A DNA stretch of 64,000 nt from Carcharhinus amblyrhynchos. Its lineage: Eukaryota. The position numbers and the translations under genes were made by a program. Location: the NCBI GenBank assembly GCA_965287045.1, contig OZ336878.1:104966001-105030000 (forward strand), read 5' to 3'. The notes beneath the pieces are model-generated. The model saw only the letters and a list, made by a program, of their open reading frames with translations, was not told the origin of the DNA and did no database searches. Every line of letters starts with the position of its first letter. The stretch's first letter is position 1. Positions 39,701-54,867 of the stretch are shown piece by piece.

Positions 39701-42700
39701 CCAAATGAACAGATGGACCAATGACAAACAATGACTGAGGACATTAGTGTAAGTAAGTGAAAGCAAACGTCAATACGAATTGAAACCAATACCTCGAGAA
39801 GCGAAATTTTACGAGACGAAAGAAGATTAGATTGCAATTGGTATGAGTTTTCTTGTTGACTTAGTTGAGGAAAAACTCCAAAATATCAAGAGTGGCATTG
39901 AGTCAGATTGAGATTATTGGAAGAAGAGATACAGAAAGTTGACTTCTTGAAATGTTACTTAATCTTATGTCCTTCTTGTCTCGATCTGCCCAAATAGAAA
40001 AGTAAAGCAAATTAATCGTTCCAAAGATCGAACCGGCCCATAGCATTTCTCAGATTTCAAATGACAGCCATTGACCTTCATCAGTAATTCCCTTTTTCAG
40101 ATAGCGACTTTCCTGCTCAAAATACTATCACGTCCCCTCTTAATGCAATATTCCTTTATCCGCAGTCTTTTGATTTCAGGCTTATCAAAATTAAATTGCT
40201 GTAATGGAAATTAATGATATCTAATTGAAAAAAAAGTTATTGATTTTCTGGTCCTTCTTCGTTTTCTCTGTTAATAGCGGTAAACACAAGAGAGAAATCT
40301 CTCTTTTTCAAAGAAAAGGGTTTTCTTTATATTCAATCATGAAAAGTGATGGTTTTCAGCAGACATGTAATTAATGGTGTTCCCAAGGCTCAGGTGATCT
40401 ACATGCATGAAACCCTGCAGGCCATACAGAGTACGTAAACCCACACTGCTGCTGGTGAGTGTGCATAAGATTTTGATTAAACAAAAAATAATGTCACACC
40501 AATACATTCTAGTGTTGGGTGGCATTGTCATGGACTTGCTGGGGGTGAGGGACGAGTTGGGGGGGTAGTGGGGGAAGGGCGGGAGGACTTGCGTTTGCCA
40601 GTTCTCGAGGAATGCCTTTCCTACAGGTCAAGGGTCATGTAGTCGGATTCGCTATTGGAGTTCTTTTGATGGCTTCCAGCAAAATAAACTGTGCACATTG
40701 CTGCGACGGCGTGAAGTTGGCTTGAGTGCTGAGAGGGCAGTGCAATTGGCATTAGTTTTACTGTTCTGTTAAACCTCCACTCCAAATTAATAATAGTGGC
40801 TTTGAGTCAGATTGGGATTATTGCATGAAGAGAGGCGCGAAATAAATGCGTCTTGTTATGTTACCTGATCTTCTGTCCATTCTGTCTCGATCTGCTCAAA
40901 TGGAGAAAGAAAGCAAATTTATCTTTTCAAAGCTTGAGCCGTCCCCCACAACTCATTACATTTCAAATGACCTGTCATTGACCTTCATCTGTAATTCGCT
41001 TTCTTTTCAGGTAGCGTCTTTCCTTTTCAAACTTTCATCACTTCTCCTCCGAATTTAAATTTGCCTTATGTCAATATTTTGATTTCACTCTTGCCGAGTG
41101 AAGTTGATGTACTGGGAAGCTAATGACAATTAATGATTTCCAATTGAAAGAACATTATTGATTAACTGACCCTCCTCCATTTTGATAGTTAAAAGGGTTA
41201 ACGTTAAATTACGAATCCCACTTTTTATCAACAAAGCATAACTTGAACGCTCTTTATAATCATTCTGAGAAGTAATATTTGCCAGCTCGAGCAAAATTAA
41301 TGCTCATTAGCAGCTAGAGGTGATCTGCTTCCATGAAATCATGCGCACCATGCACTGCCCGAAAACTCAGATTGTTTTTTGTATGCATGTCATTTGAAAT
41401 GGCACAGCAAAATTGATGGTTCCGCAATATATTTAAATGTCCCTTGGTTTTGGCCTGGTCCAGGGAGGGGGACGGCCTGAAAGGATGTCAAGGAATTCAG
41501 TTTCAGCAGGCCAGCTTTCATGTGTTTGTAAATTGCTATTGGAATTGTTGTGGTGAATTTCAGCAGAAGAATCTTGTGCACAATAATGCAACGGTGTGAG
41601 TTTGGCTTGTGTCATTGACGGGGAAGGTGGGGCATTTCGTAATTGTTGACTGACGGAGTGCGGATTAACGTCACGTCGTCTGCGTTATATTGGTTGGCGT
41701 TGTGGTTGTTCTGTTTTTTTTGGAGCTATATCTATGAAGACAGGTCAAAGCTATTCAAGCTTACTCCTGAATTGTACGTTACAGACGGTGGGCAACATTT
41801 TGGGTAGTTTCCAAATACGACAAGAGGTGATTAATTCGTTACCGGCTTCCAAAACTCTAATCTGCTATTTTAGCCGCATTATTATTTAAAAAGGTACTAT
41901 TCAATTTCGAGTCAAAGTCGAACGCAAAGATTTTTATAAAAGAGGATTCAGTGACTGCACTGGCATTTAGTCTCATTGGATGACTTTTTATGTATTTGTC
42001 TTCTTGGACCAGTTTGCTGCGTCACAATGCTATGGCCCGAATGCTACTTTTCCATTGGCAGATAAAATCGGTAAAATCATGAGAACTCGAAGTTTGGAGG
42101 ATAAACTTGAAAATATTGTTAATTGCAGACAGATAACAAATTTAGTAGAATGTGTGGCTACTCGCTCATTGTATAATCCAATTCCTATTTTTTAGCTGAA
42201 AATGTCCATCCTTACTCGATGAGAATTACAACCAAATTAATCAAGCATTTGCACATTGAACAGATAGATCAATTTCACACAATGACTGTGTGGACATCAT
42301 TCTCAAAAATAATGAACGAAGGCTAAGAACAATTGAAGTCAATATAACTAAAGACGAAACTTTACAAAACGAGATATGACCATAGTACAATAGGTGCTCA
42401 TTTTGCTGACGACTTAGTTATGCAAATCCTCTAAAATATTAAGAGTGGTACTGAGGAACACTTAAGTTGTTCGAGAAAGAGACGTATGGAAAGTTGACTT
42501 CTTGAAATGTCACCTGATCTTATGTCTATCATGTCTCGATCTGCTCAATTGGAGAAGTAAAGCTATGTAACCGATCCAACATCGAAGCATACCACTGTAC
42601 TGATGATATTTCGCATGAGGTGTCATTGACCTTCATCAGTAACTCACTTTATTTTCAAGAAGCCAAATTCCTGCTCGCGATTCAATCAATTTTCCCATTA

Positions 42701-45700
42701 GTTTAAAATTCCACTATTTGCTTTCAGACTTGCCAAAAGAGAATTGATGTAATGGGAAGCTAATCGGAATTAATGATTTCCAATTGAAAGAACGCTGTTT
42801 GTTTACTGCCCTCCTCCATTATGTCGGATGATAGCCCTAACACTGAATTAGAAATTCGTCTTATTGTAACAAAAGACCAGACAATAATGCTCGTCAGAAG
42901 GTGGAGATGATCTTCATCCATGAAGCCCTGCAGACCATGCAATGTACCTATATCGGCAGTGCTGATGCGAAGTGTGTACCATCATTTTCGTACAGCATCC
43001 TTGATGGCACGGCAATATGCTTTAATAGCGGGTGATGTTGTCTAAGCCTTAAATGGCTGGATCTTGAAGGTTGTCAAGGATTCACATTTCCATACGAAAG
43101 TGGTCATGTGATTCTGATTTGTTATTAGAGTTGTTTTGAATAGGAGCAGAAAGATTTTATGAACATAGATGTAGCGTGCGCTATTACCTAATGTGATTAC
43201 GGGGCAATGTATGTCCGTTTTATATTGCTGGCTGACGGAGTGAGGTTGAACATCAAGCCGTTTGTTTTCTACTGGTTGAAGTTCTTGACTATTGTAGCTA
43301 TATCTATCATGGCAGCTCGAGGCTATTCAATCATACTTATTAATTGTAGGTTATAGGTAGTGGACGGATTTTGTAGAGGAGTCGAATCGGGTAAGAGTTA
43401 GCCCGTGTCACGTTTCCTCAACCTTAAATCTGCTGTTCGAGCCATAGGATTCATGGAGCTGGCATTGTTCAGTTTCTCGTCAAGATCGACGCAAGGATGT
43501 TGATTGCAGTTAGGGGGTGGTGCGGGGGCGGGGGGTGGGGGGGGGGGGGTGTTGAATTTAACGATTTTATTGCCAATTTATCTCAATGGAAGAAGGATGT
43601 GCATTTCTCCCCTTGGAACAGTTTATTGCCACAGAATTCTCTGGCCCGAATTCATGTTCACTTTTCAGGCCAGACGGGAAAATCAGCATAATTTGATTTT
43701 CCGTTGAGCAGCTTGAAGACGTTGATAATCGCAGACAACACAGTACTTTAGTGGAGTGTGTGACCACTCGCTAATGGAATCATGCACAATCCTTTGATTC
43801 ACGATAATGGGCGAGCAGCACGTGTGATAATTACAGTCATCTGAAATAACTATTGCCGAAAAGATCACCAGCGGCACTCAATTACTGAGAACAGTCTTCT
43901 GCAAGTAAATGGAAGCGCGTTTCAAGAACATTGAAGTCAATCCACCAAAGATAAAATTTTACGAGATTTTTAAAGGAAGGTAAGAGTGCAAGTGACATTA
44001 GATTTACTGTTGGCTCAGTTAAGCAACCCTCCAAAATATTCAGAGTGGCATTGACTCACATCTAGTTTTTTGGAAGAAGAGAGTTCCGAAAATTTGACTT
44101 CTTGCTATGTTACCTGAACTCATGCCCATGTTGTCCAAATCAGCTCCTCTTGAGAAGTAAAGCAAATTAGTCGCTACAAAGCTCGACCGTCCCATAGAGC
44201 TCGTCAGAGTTCAAATGACACCTCATTGATTGACATTCATCAGTAATTTGCTTTCATTTCAGAAAGCCACATTCTTCTCAAGCATTATTCGCTCCTCCTC
44301 TTAAGTTTACATTACTTTTTCTGTATTATTTTGATTCTATTCTTGCTGAAATTGAAGTGATGCGAAGCTAATAGGAATTACTGATTTCCGATTGAAGGAA
44401 AGGTATTCATTCCTGGCCCTTCCCCGTTTTGGTGGTTAGTCACGTTCACAATAAATTAAGCAACCTTTTTTTATCAAGAAAACACCATCAAGAAAACCCT
44501 TTATATTCATGCATGCGAAGTCATGGTTGGCGGATGGAGTAGAAATGAATGTTCATTAGAATGTGGATGTGATCGGCATTCATAAAAAGCTGCAGACCAT
44601 GCAGTGTCCAAGATTCCAGCTTGTTCTTTGTATGCGTGTGTCTTGATTTTGGCACAGCGGAATCAATGACTCAGCAATATATTTTACGGCCACTTGGTTT
44701 TGGCATGATCTGGGAAGGCAGTAAGGGAGGCGGAGCCGGGAGGAGGGGAGGGGGGAAGAGGGAAGGGTGGAGATGAGAGGGGGGATTGGAGGAGGGGTGT
44801 TATTTGAAGGGTATCCAATAATTTAATATCTACAGGTTAGCGTTTGTCTGTTTGGAAGTTGCTGATGCAATTGTTTTAATGAATTGCAGCAAGGCGATTC
44901 TTGTGCGTGGTGGCGCAACTGTGTGAGTTTGGTTTGTCCCGTTTGCGGGGAAGGTGGGATATTTCCCGATTGTTTTCCGACGGAATGCTGATCAACGTCA
45001 AGCCGGCTGCAATCTATTGGTTGGCGGTGTAGTTGTTCTGTGTTGTTGGAACTATATCTGTAAATGGGAGGTCGAGGTGTTTCAAGATTACTCTTGGATT
45101 CTACATTGTGGAAGATGAACAAAATTTTAGGGACTTGCCCGATGGCACTAAACGAGATTACCTCTTTACATGCGTTCTTGAATGTAATCCGCTATTTTAA
45201 TACTTATATAACAGGCACTGTTCTGTTAGTCAAGTTCGAACACAAAGATATTTTGTAACGGATCGTTCAACGATTGTATTGCCATTTAATCACGATGGAT
45301 GGCCTTTACGTGATTTGTGGTCTTGGATGAGTTTACAGCATAGCAATTCTGTGCCCCCAGTGCTACTTGCCAACTGTCAGATCAAATCGGTAGAATCAGG
45401 AGAACATGAATTTCGGTGGATAAGTTTGAAAATCGTATCAATTGCAGACAGAAATACCAATTTAGCAGATTGAATGACTATTAGCTCGTTTGATATTGCA
45501 AAATCATATTATTTGAAGAAATGGTCAGCCATAACTGTACACTAATTACAGTCAAATCCATCAAGTATTTGTCAATTGAACAGATGGGTCATTCACACCT
45601 AATGACTGAGAGCGGTATTCTCCAAGTAAGTCGAATCAAGCGTCAACGAAACTTGAAATCACGACCTCTAAAGAGACAATCTTACGAGACGAGATAAGGC

Positions 45701-48009
45701 CAAAAGATTTAAGTGCAATTGGTATTATGTTTCCTGTTCAATAGTTAAGCAATAGCTCCAAAATTTTAGGAGTTTATTTGAGTCAGATTTCAATTACTGG
45801 AAGAAGAGTGATATGGCAAGTTGACTTCTTGAAATGATACCTGATCTTATGCCCATCTTGTATCGATCTGTCGAAATCGAGAAGTAAAACAAATTTATCG
45901 TTCCAAACCCGTGCTGTCCCACATTACTACTCAGTTTTCAAATAACGGGGCATTGACATCCAGCAGTATTTCGCTTTAATTTCAGGTAGGACTTTCCTAC
46001 TTAAAATTTCAAGACAACTCATCTTATCTTTCTTTTTTATGCGCAGTATTTCAAATTTAATCTTGCCAAAATGACTCTGATATAATGGGGAGCTAATAGG
46101 AATTAATCATATCCAATTGAAAGAACGTGATTTGTCTTCTACCCCTCTTCCCCGTTGTTGGTTAATAGCAGTCACATCAACATAAGAATGCCTCCTTTTG
46201 ATAACAATAAACAACAATTTGTTATTTCTTTATATCCTCCTTGAAAACTAACGTTTGTCGGTAGAGCTGAAGATAATGATCATCAGAGGTTGGAGGAGGT
46301 TTGCATTCCATGAATTCCTACAGAGCATGTAGAGTACGTATACCCCAGTGTTGTTGGTAAGCGTGTATTAAGTTTTGAAAGTTTTGAAACAGCAATTTTG
46401 ATGACAGGGCCATATATTTTAATACCGGATGGTGCTGTAAAGAGCTCTGTGTGTGTGGACGGGAATGGGGGTTGGGGAGAGAAGAGGGGTTTCTACTTGA
46501 AGGTTGTCGTGTAGTTGCGATTCTATAGATCAACAGTCATGTAGTTGGAATTTGCTATTGCATTGTTTCGATTAATACAAACAAAATAATCTTGTACACA
46601 CCGATGCAACGGTGCGTGTTTGACTTGTGGGGATGAGGGGTTAGATGGGGCCGTTAAGTAATATTGCCTGACAAGGAGCAGTTGAACATCAAGCGGTGTG
46701 CTTTCTATAGGATTGCATTAACATGAATTAACTTGTTGAGTGATGTCCATGAGCTATTTCCATGATGGCTGTTCTAGCTTTGCAGTCGTGCTACTTAATT
46801 ATTTGTTGCAGATAGTGGGCAGAATGATGGGGAGAAGTTGATGGGACCAGAGGTGATTAACTCATTAAATGCTTATTAGCTTCTAATCTGCTATCCTCAA
46901 TACAGTATTGCTGCAGCTGGCAATATTTGGTTCCTATTCAATATAGATGCCAGCAATTTTCATGAAGGTCAATTCAGCGGTTGTATTGCAAATTAATCTC
47001 AATGAATGAATATTGTTTCTTTCTCCGTTTGGAACAGTTTGTTGCCTCACAGTTCTCTGGCACAAATAATAATTTTCACTTGTCAGGCCAAACTGGGGTT
47101 ATCAGGAGAACTTGTGTTTCCTTTGAACAGCTTCAAATATTCATAATCTAATAAAAAATCACCACTGAAGTACAGTGTCTAACTGGATAATGCAAATCAT
47201 ATTATTAGCTACAATGGTCGAGCATTACACTGTGATAATTGCATCCAGTTGAATCAAACATTTGCCAAAAGAACAGATGGACCAACGAGACACAGTGACT
47301 GACTACATTATTGTCTAAATGAATTGAAGCAAACTTTAAGAATAACTGAAATCTATACCACTTAATACCAAATTTTTATGAGACGAGTCAAGACCAGAGT
47401 GCTATTAGTGTTAGTTTTACTGTTGCCTTTTATAAGCCATCCCTCGACATTAGTAAGAATGACTGGGTCAGGTTGACATTTATGGAAGAAGAGGGGTACG
47501 AAAAGCTGGCTTTGTGTTATGTCACCTGATCTTCTGTCCATCTTGCCTCGATCTGCTGAAATAGAGAATTAATCGTTGCAAAACTTAAGCCGTCCCGCAG
47601 AATATACCAAATGTCAAATGACGTGTTACTTGAAATCTTCAGTAATTTGCTTTCTTTCCAGGCAACCCCTTTCCTCTTCAAACTTTCATCGCTTCTCTTA
47701 TTTTAAATGTCCTTAATCGGCAGTATCTTGATACAAGCCTTGCCAAAATGAAATTGATTTGATGCGAAGCTAATAAGAATTATTGAATTTCAATTGAAAG
47801 AAAGCTATTTATATCCTGAATCTCCGTTTTGGTGGTTTATAACATTAACATTAAATTAGGAATCCCTCGCTTTCAACAACAAAACACCAATTTTTGCGCT
47901 CCTTATATTCATCGACGAGAAGTAGTGTTTGCAAGCTGGAGCAGTATTAATGCTCATTAGGAGGTGGAGGTGATTTGCATCCATGAAAATCTGCAGAACA
48001 CACACCACC

Positions 48010-50550
48010 CGAAAATGTATTACTTCGCATTTGTCTAAATTATAAACCACCTGCCATTCGTCAGCCCAGTGGCCCAATTGATAAACTTCCCATTACAATC
48101 CTAGGTATTCTTCTTCACTGTCCACTATGAAATCAACCTTGGTGTCATCTGCAAACTTACTTACTCGCCTTCTAAAGTCACATCCAAAACATTAAAATAA
48201 ATTGCAACTAACAGTGGACCCAGCACCAGTCTCTGAGGAACGCCGCTGGTCACAGACCTTGAGTTTGAAAAAGAACAACCCTCTACAACCATACTCAAAG
48301 AACAAAACAAAGAACAAAGAACAAAAACAGCCCGGGAAACAGGCCCTTCGGCCCAACGAGCCCACGCCGCCATTTTAACGTTACCAGTTCCCGCCCCCCC
48401 CCCCCCACCCCCTCGACCCATGACCCTTATCTATTGTTTTATGGCAATCCACATTGAGTGAAACTAATTTAGGGACAATTTATTACTTCCAATCAGCCTA
48501 CTAGCACATCTTTGGGGTGTGGGAGGAAACCGGAGCTCCCGGAGAAAACCCACGCAAGCACGGGGAGAATGAGCACATCCCCACAGACACGAGACCAAAT
48601 CCACGTGTCTGCACAGCAAACAGTGATCGTCACTGAGCTGTCGGGTTGCCCAGCATCTGGTCCAGTTTAAGCGCACACTAACGACATGAAGCACTAGGCC
48701 AACCCCGAACATTCAAGAGCCGCCCTTGTACGTCCCTTCGCGTGGATTCCCCTCGTTGGACAACAAGGCGGACCGACTTAAAACCTGTGAATTAAAAGGG
48801 GGAAAAAAACATTATTATCATACCATATTCATTTACATGACCAGGGACGCCCCAATGCTAATGAACCTTATTTAAAACAATCTCCTATATCCACCCATCT
48901 CCAACCCGCTCATCTGCCTGTCTAAGTTACTCTCAAACAACTCTAGCGTGCTTGGCTCCACCACCTTACTTGGCAGAGCATTCCATACCCCCACTACCCT
49001 CTGTGTGAAAAAACTTCCCTCTAATATCTTTGTTATACCTCTCCCCTCTCACCTTAAGCCCATGGCCCCTCGTACTGTTTGCCTCTAACATAGGAAATAG
49101 CTTACCTCTGTTTACTCTATCTATACCCCTCATGTATCCTTCTGTCATCAAACACATTTTGTTTCAGTGTGCTACCTCACCCTGGATCCCGGGAAATTTA
49201 ATGTTGTGCAGCAATCTACCACATGCTACCTTGTTAATCGCCTTGCTAAATTCCACAAACACAACATCAACTGCACTGACCTCATCTACCTTCCTGGTTA
49301 CCCCTTCCAAAAACTCAATGAAACTTGTGAGACATGATTTCCCACTGACAAAGCCATGCTAACTTTACTTACTCAGTCCTTGTATCTCAAAAAAAATACT
49401 GCAGATCCTGTCTCTCAGAATAACTTCTAAGAAATTACGCACTACAGATGTGAGGCTCATCCATCTGTAGTTCTCCAGCGTTTCCTTGCAGCCCTTTTTA
49501 AAGAAAGGCACCACATTTGCCACACTCCAATATTCAGGCAAATCACCTGTGGCAGTCGATAATTCACATATCTCTGCTAGAGGACCTGCAATTTCATCCC
49601 TCACATCCCAGAATGTCCTGGAATACACTTCATCAAGTCCCGGGGATTTATCAATGTTGATGAGCTTTAAAACGTCCAGCATCTCCTTGTATGTTACATG
49701 TACAGTCTTCAAAACATTTTCATCCAAGTTCCCCAGCATTCACGTTTTCAACAACATTAAATACTTCTGAGAAATATTCATTTAGGATGTTACCCATATC
49801 TTGTGGATCCGCAGAAAGAAGACCCTATTGATCCTTAAGACGCCCTATTCTCTCCATAGATACTCTTTTGCAATTAATATATTTGTAGAAGCTCATTGGA
49901 TTTTCCTTTGCCTTATCTGCGGAAGCAATCTCGTGTCCCCTCTTCCCTCTGCTGATTAATCACTTAACGCTACTCCTAAAACTATTATTCTTTTCAAAGG
50001 ATCCGCTTGATCCCAACTACTTACACGTGTCTTGAGCCTTCTTATTTTTCTTGATCAGGGCCTCAATAGCCCAAGTCATCTAAGGTTCCCTACTGTTACC
50101 AGCCTTGTCCTTCACTTGAAGAAAAGTGTGCTCACCCTAAACCCTATATAACACACTTTTGAATGCATCCAATACAAGAAGTCCCTTTGCCTACCAAAAG
50201 ACCCATCCGATAAACATTTGAATGCTCCTGCCTGATGTTATTTGAACTGGCTTGACCCCAATTTAGAATTTTAACTTCGCCCACCCCTACCATTCTCAAT
50301 AGCTATCTTAAAACAAATGTCATGTTGTTCAGTTGTCCCAAAGTAATCCCACACTTACACTTCTGCAATCTGCCCTTTCTCATTTCCCCAGGAGGGCGTC
50401 AGGTTTTACCCCTTCTCCAGCCGTTCCATCCGCATCTTGAATGAAGAATTCATCCTGAATATATTGAACAAATTTCGCTCCATCCATGCCTGCAACATTA
50501 CGGCTATCCCAGTCAATGTTGTGAAAGTTAAAATTTCCTGCTATTACCCT
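48010..50550 (-). mobile_element. Degraded CR1 LINE within the array, containing a nested element at 48297-49137
   Basis: DKSPGLDEVY, ANVVPFFKKG..NYR.MSLTSVV, HGFVSGKSCLT and SGVPQRLVLGPLL motifs; the host sequence is contiguous across the nested insert. Confidence 0.9.
48297..49137 (-). mobile_element. Nested CR1-type element: ORF2 end plus long 3' UTR containing a V-SINE domain and (ttctttg)-type tail
   Basis: MRGIDRVNRGKLFP..TRGHGLKVRG (49137-48970), ~280 nt of unassigned sequence, V domain (~48470-48590), tail gggccgaagggcctgtttcc...ttctttgttctttg. Confidence 0.7.
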
Positions 50551-53500
50551 ATTTTGTTTTTTTGCTTGGAGCTATTGAGTTTCTAGTCAAGGTTGACGTC
50601 AAGGATTTTTACATCAGAGGATTCAGCGACTGCATCACCATTTAATCTTGATCGATGACTGCTGCGTATTTGTCTTATTGAATCAGATTGCGGCATCAAA
50701 ATTTTGTGACCAGAATGCAACTTGCGAATTGTCAGGTCACATTCACATAATCGGGAGAACATGAATTTCGGTGGATAAGCTTGAAAATTCTGTTAATCAC
50801 AGAGCAATAGAGCAAATTAGTAGAGTGTGTGAACACTCATTCATGGAATAATGCAAATTATTCGCATTAGCGAAAATGTTCGAGCCAAACTGTGTAATAA
50901 TTATAGTCAACAGAAACAAGTGTTTGGAAATTGCACATATACATCAACTACGTACAATGACGGGGGAATCTCATTCTCCAAGTTATGTACAACAAGGAGC
51001 AAGGGGAATTGAAGTCAACAAAATGTACGATGATATTTTGCGAAACGAGATATGACCAGACGGCGTTCTGCTGATGACTCAGTTAAGCAAATTCTGCAAA
51101 ATATTAATAATGCCATTCAGGTGCACTTAGGTTATCGAAGAAGAGTTGCACGAGAAGTAGACTTCTTGATATGTTACCTGATCTTATGTCCATCATGTCC
51201 CAATCTGCTTAAATGGAGAAGAAAGCTATTTATCCGATCGAAAATCGAAGCATCCTGCAGAAAATATGATATTTCAAATGATGTATCACTGGCCTTCATC
51301 AGTAACTCTTTCTCTCTCTTTTCAGGGAGCCTCTTTTCCGCTCAATGCAGTGTTCGTATATCCACAGTGCTGATGGTAAGTATGCACTATCATTTTGATA
51401 CAACAATAATATTTTAATATTGGCTAGTGTTGCCTCGAGGTTGAATGGTGGAACTTGTAGGTTTTTGAGGATTTACGTCGCTACGTGCAAGCGGCTATGT
51501 GTTTGTAATTTGCTAGTGGAGTTGTTTTGTTGAATTGCAGCAGAAGGATTTTCTGAACAGAGATGCAAAGGTGTGAGTGTGGCTTGCGGGTTTAAGGGGC
51601 TATGACACCTTTCTGTATTGTTGGCTGACGCAGTGCGGCTGAACATCAAAACGCTTGCTTTCTTTTGAATGCCGTTGAAGTTCTTGAGTGTTGTTGGCGC
51701 TAAATCTTTCATGGCAGGTCGCGGCTATTCAATCATATTTCTAAATTGTATGTTGTAAATCGTGGACAGGTTCTTAGGGAGGACTCGGATGGGACAAGTG
51801 TAGCTTAGCTCGTTACACGCTTCCGATCTTTATTCTGGTTTTCTCGTCAGGGGATTAATATTGATGGCACTGTTCAGTTTCAAGTAAAGTTTGGCTCAAT
51901 GATGTTGACACCGGTGGATTTAGTGATTGTATTCGCAATTAATCTCAATGATTGGAGATTATGTTTTCTCCTCTTGGGACAGGTTATTGCCTCACAATTC
52001 TCTGGCCCGAATGTTACATGGCACTTATCAGGCCAAACTGGGAAAATCTGGTGATCTTGAGTTTCCGTTGACCATCTTTAAAATGTTGACACTCTCAGAT
52101 ACATACAGCACATTTGCAGAGTGTTTGACCACTCACTAATTGACGAATGCAACATCCATTAATTTCGCAATAACTGTCGAGCATCACTGTGCGATAAGTA
52201 CAATCATCTGAATCAAATATTGTCCAACTGATCAAATGGACCAATGGCACACAATAACTGCGGGCATTATTCCGCAAATTTATGGAAGCACTTGCCAAGA
52301 ATAATTGAAGTCAATGCCAGTAAAGTCGATATTTTATGACAGTAGATAAGACGAGAATGCTATTCGTATTAGGTTTACTTTTGCCGTAGTTAAGCTATCC
52401 CTCCAAAATATTACAATTGACATGCAGGCACATTTAGATTTTTGGAAGAAGAGTGGTACGAAAACTTGACTTTTTCATATGTCACCTAGTCTCCTGTCCA
52501 AGTTGTCTCGATCTGCTCAAATAGAAAAGTAAAGCAAATTAATCATTTCAAAGCTCGAGCCGTCCCTCAGAACTTATCCGGTTTCAAATGGCGTGACATT
52601 GACCTTTATCAGTAATTCGTTTTCTTTTCAAATAGCCTCATTCTTCCTCAAATATCATTCGCTTCTCCTCTCAATTTAAATTACGTTATCTTCAGTACTT
52701 TCATTTCATTATCGCCAAAATGAAATTGATGTGAATGGAAGCTAAACGGAATTCATTATTTTCAATTGGAAGTGCACTCTGTTTGCCTTGTTGTCCACCG
52801 TTAATGTGGAAGTTCCTCTTTTCTAACAACAACACGCCAACGTCTACGCTTTTCATATTCTCCCACGAGAAGTACTGGTTGCCGGAGCAGAAATCAGTGT
52901 TATTACAATGTGAAGGTCGTCGGGACCACCGAAAGCCTACAGACCGTGCAGTGTCCGAAATCCCAGATTGCTTTTTGTATGCCTGCTCATTGATTTTGGC
53001 AAGAAAAAATGATGACAGAACAATATATTTTAATGTTGCTTGGTTTTGGCATGGTCTTGGGATGGCATGGGAAGGGAGGAGTGGGGGTTGGGGGCAGGAG
53101 TAGCGAGGGGGTGGGGGGGGGAGTGGGCTTCAAAAATGTCCAGGAATTCAGTTTCCACAGGTCAGGTTCCTTTGTTTGGACATTGCTAATGGAGTTGTTT
53201 TGGTGAATTTCAGCAGATGAATCCTTTGCATAACGCTGGAACCTTGTGAGTTTGGTGTGCGTTGGCGGGGAAGGTGGGGCATTTCACGATTATTGATTGA
53301 CGCAGGGCGAACCAACATCAAGCAGTCTGCATTCTATTGGTTGTCAGGAGCTGGACCCTTTAAGTAAAGTTGGCTGAAGGTGTGCAGTTGAACATCAAGC
53401 CGTTTGTTTTCGACTGGATGGCGCTGAAATTGTTGAGTGTTGTTAGATCTATATCCATGACGCATGGTCAAGGTTTGCAATCATACACTTTAATTTTACA

Positions 53501-54311
53501 TTGTAGGCAGTGGACAAGATTTTTAGGAGGGGCCGGCTCGGACACGAGCTGGTTAATTCTGCGAATACATGCTTCATAGCCTCTAAGCTGCGGGTCTAGA
53601 CACAGTATGGATATAACTGACCAGGTTCACTCTCTATTCGCTCTCTTTGTCAGGTCAAAACGGGAAAATCAGGAGAACTTGCGTTTCCGTTGAGCAGCTT
53701 GAAAATGTTGATAACCTAAGACAAATGCACCACTTTAGCACAATGCCTAGCCACTCGTGAATTGAATAACGCAAATCATATTATTGGTGTTAATGGTTGA
53801 GAATTACAGTATGGTAATTGCATCCATCTGAATTAAATCTTTGCTAAAAGAACAGATGGACCAATGAGATACAATGGCTGACGACGTTATTCTGCAAATA
53901 AATTGAAGTAAACGTCAAACATAATTGCAGTCAATACCACTAAGAATGGAATGATACGAGACGCTGTAACACCATTGTGCAATTGGTATTAGTTTGTCTA
54001 TTGCCTGAATTAGGTCAATCTTAAAACTAATAAGAGTAACATTGACTCAGATTCAGATTATTGGAAGATGAGAGATACAAAAAATGACTTTTTGTTATAT
54101 TACCTGATCTTCTGTCCATCTTGTCTCGATCTGCTCAAATGGAGAAGTAAAGCAAATCGATCGTCCCAAAGCTCAAACCGTCCCAAATAACATCAGGTTT
54201 GAAATGACGTGTCATTGACTTTCATCAATGATTCGCTTTCTTTCAGATAGCCTATTTCCTTCTTAAAATTTCATCACTTCTCATCTTATTTAAAGTTCCT
54301 TTATCTGAAAA

Positions 54312-54867
54312 ATCTGTGTGCAGTTTTGGGCGCCGTACTTACGCAAGGATATTTTGGCCCTGGAGGGAGTGCAAAGGAGGTTTACTAGGCTGATACCGGA
54401 GTTGAGGGGATTGAGCTATGAGGAGAGGCTGAATAAACTAGGCTTGTACTCGTTAGAGTTTAGAAGAATGAGGGGAGATCTCATTGAGACGTATAAGATG
54501 ATGAATGGGATGGATAGGATAGAGGTGGAGAGACTCTTCCCGCTCAAAAAAGACAGTAGGACTAGGGGGCACAGCCTCAAGATAAAGGGGAGGCGGTTTA
54601 GAACGGAGTTGAGGAGGAACTTCTTCACTCAAAGGGTGGTGAATCTCTGGAATTCTCTGCCCGTTGAAGTGGTGGAGGCTGCCTCGCTAAATATTTTTAA
54701 GAAGCGGGTTGATGTTTTCTTGATAAGAGAGGGGATTAAGGGTTATGGGGAGAGGGCGGGAAAGTGGAACTGAGCCACGACAGATCAGCCATGATCTTAT
54801 TGAATGGCGGGGCAGGCTCGAAGGGCTAGATGGCCTACTCCTGCTCCTATTTCTTATGTTCTTATGT
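54312..54867 (+). mobile_element. Young 5'-truncated CR1 LINE (same family as 34430-35597)
   Basis: Uninterrupted 151-aa ORF2 C-terminus (54318-54773) and (ttcttatg)n tail; aaaaat on both flanks may be a TSD. Confidence 0.95.
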
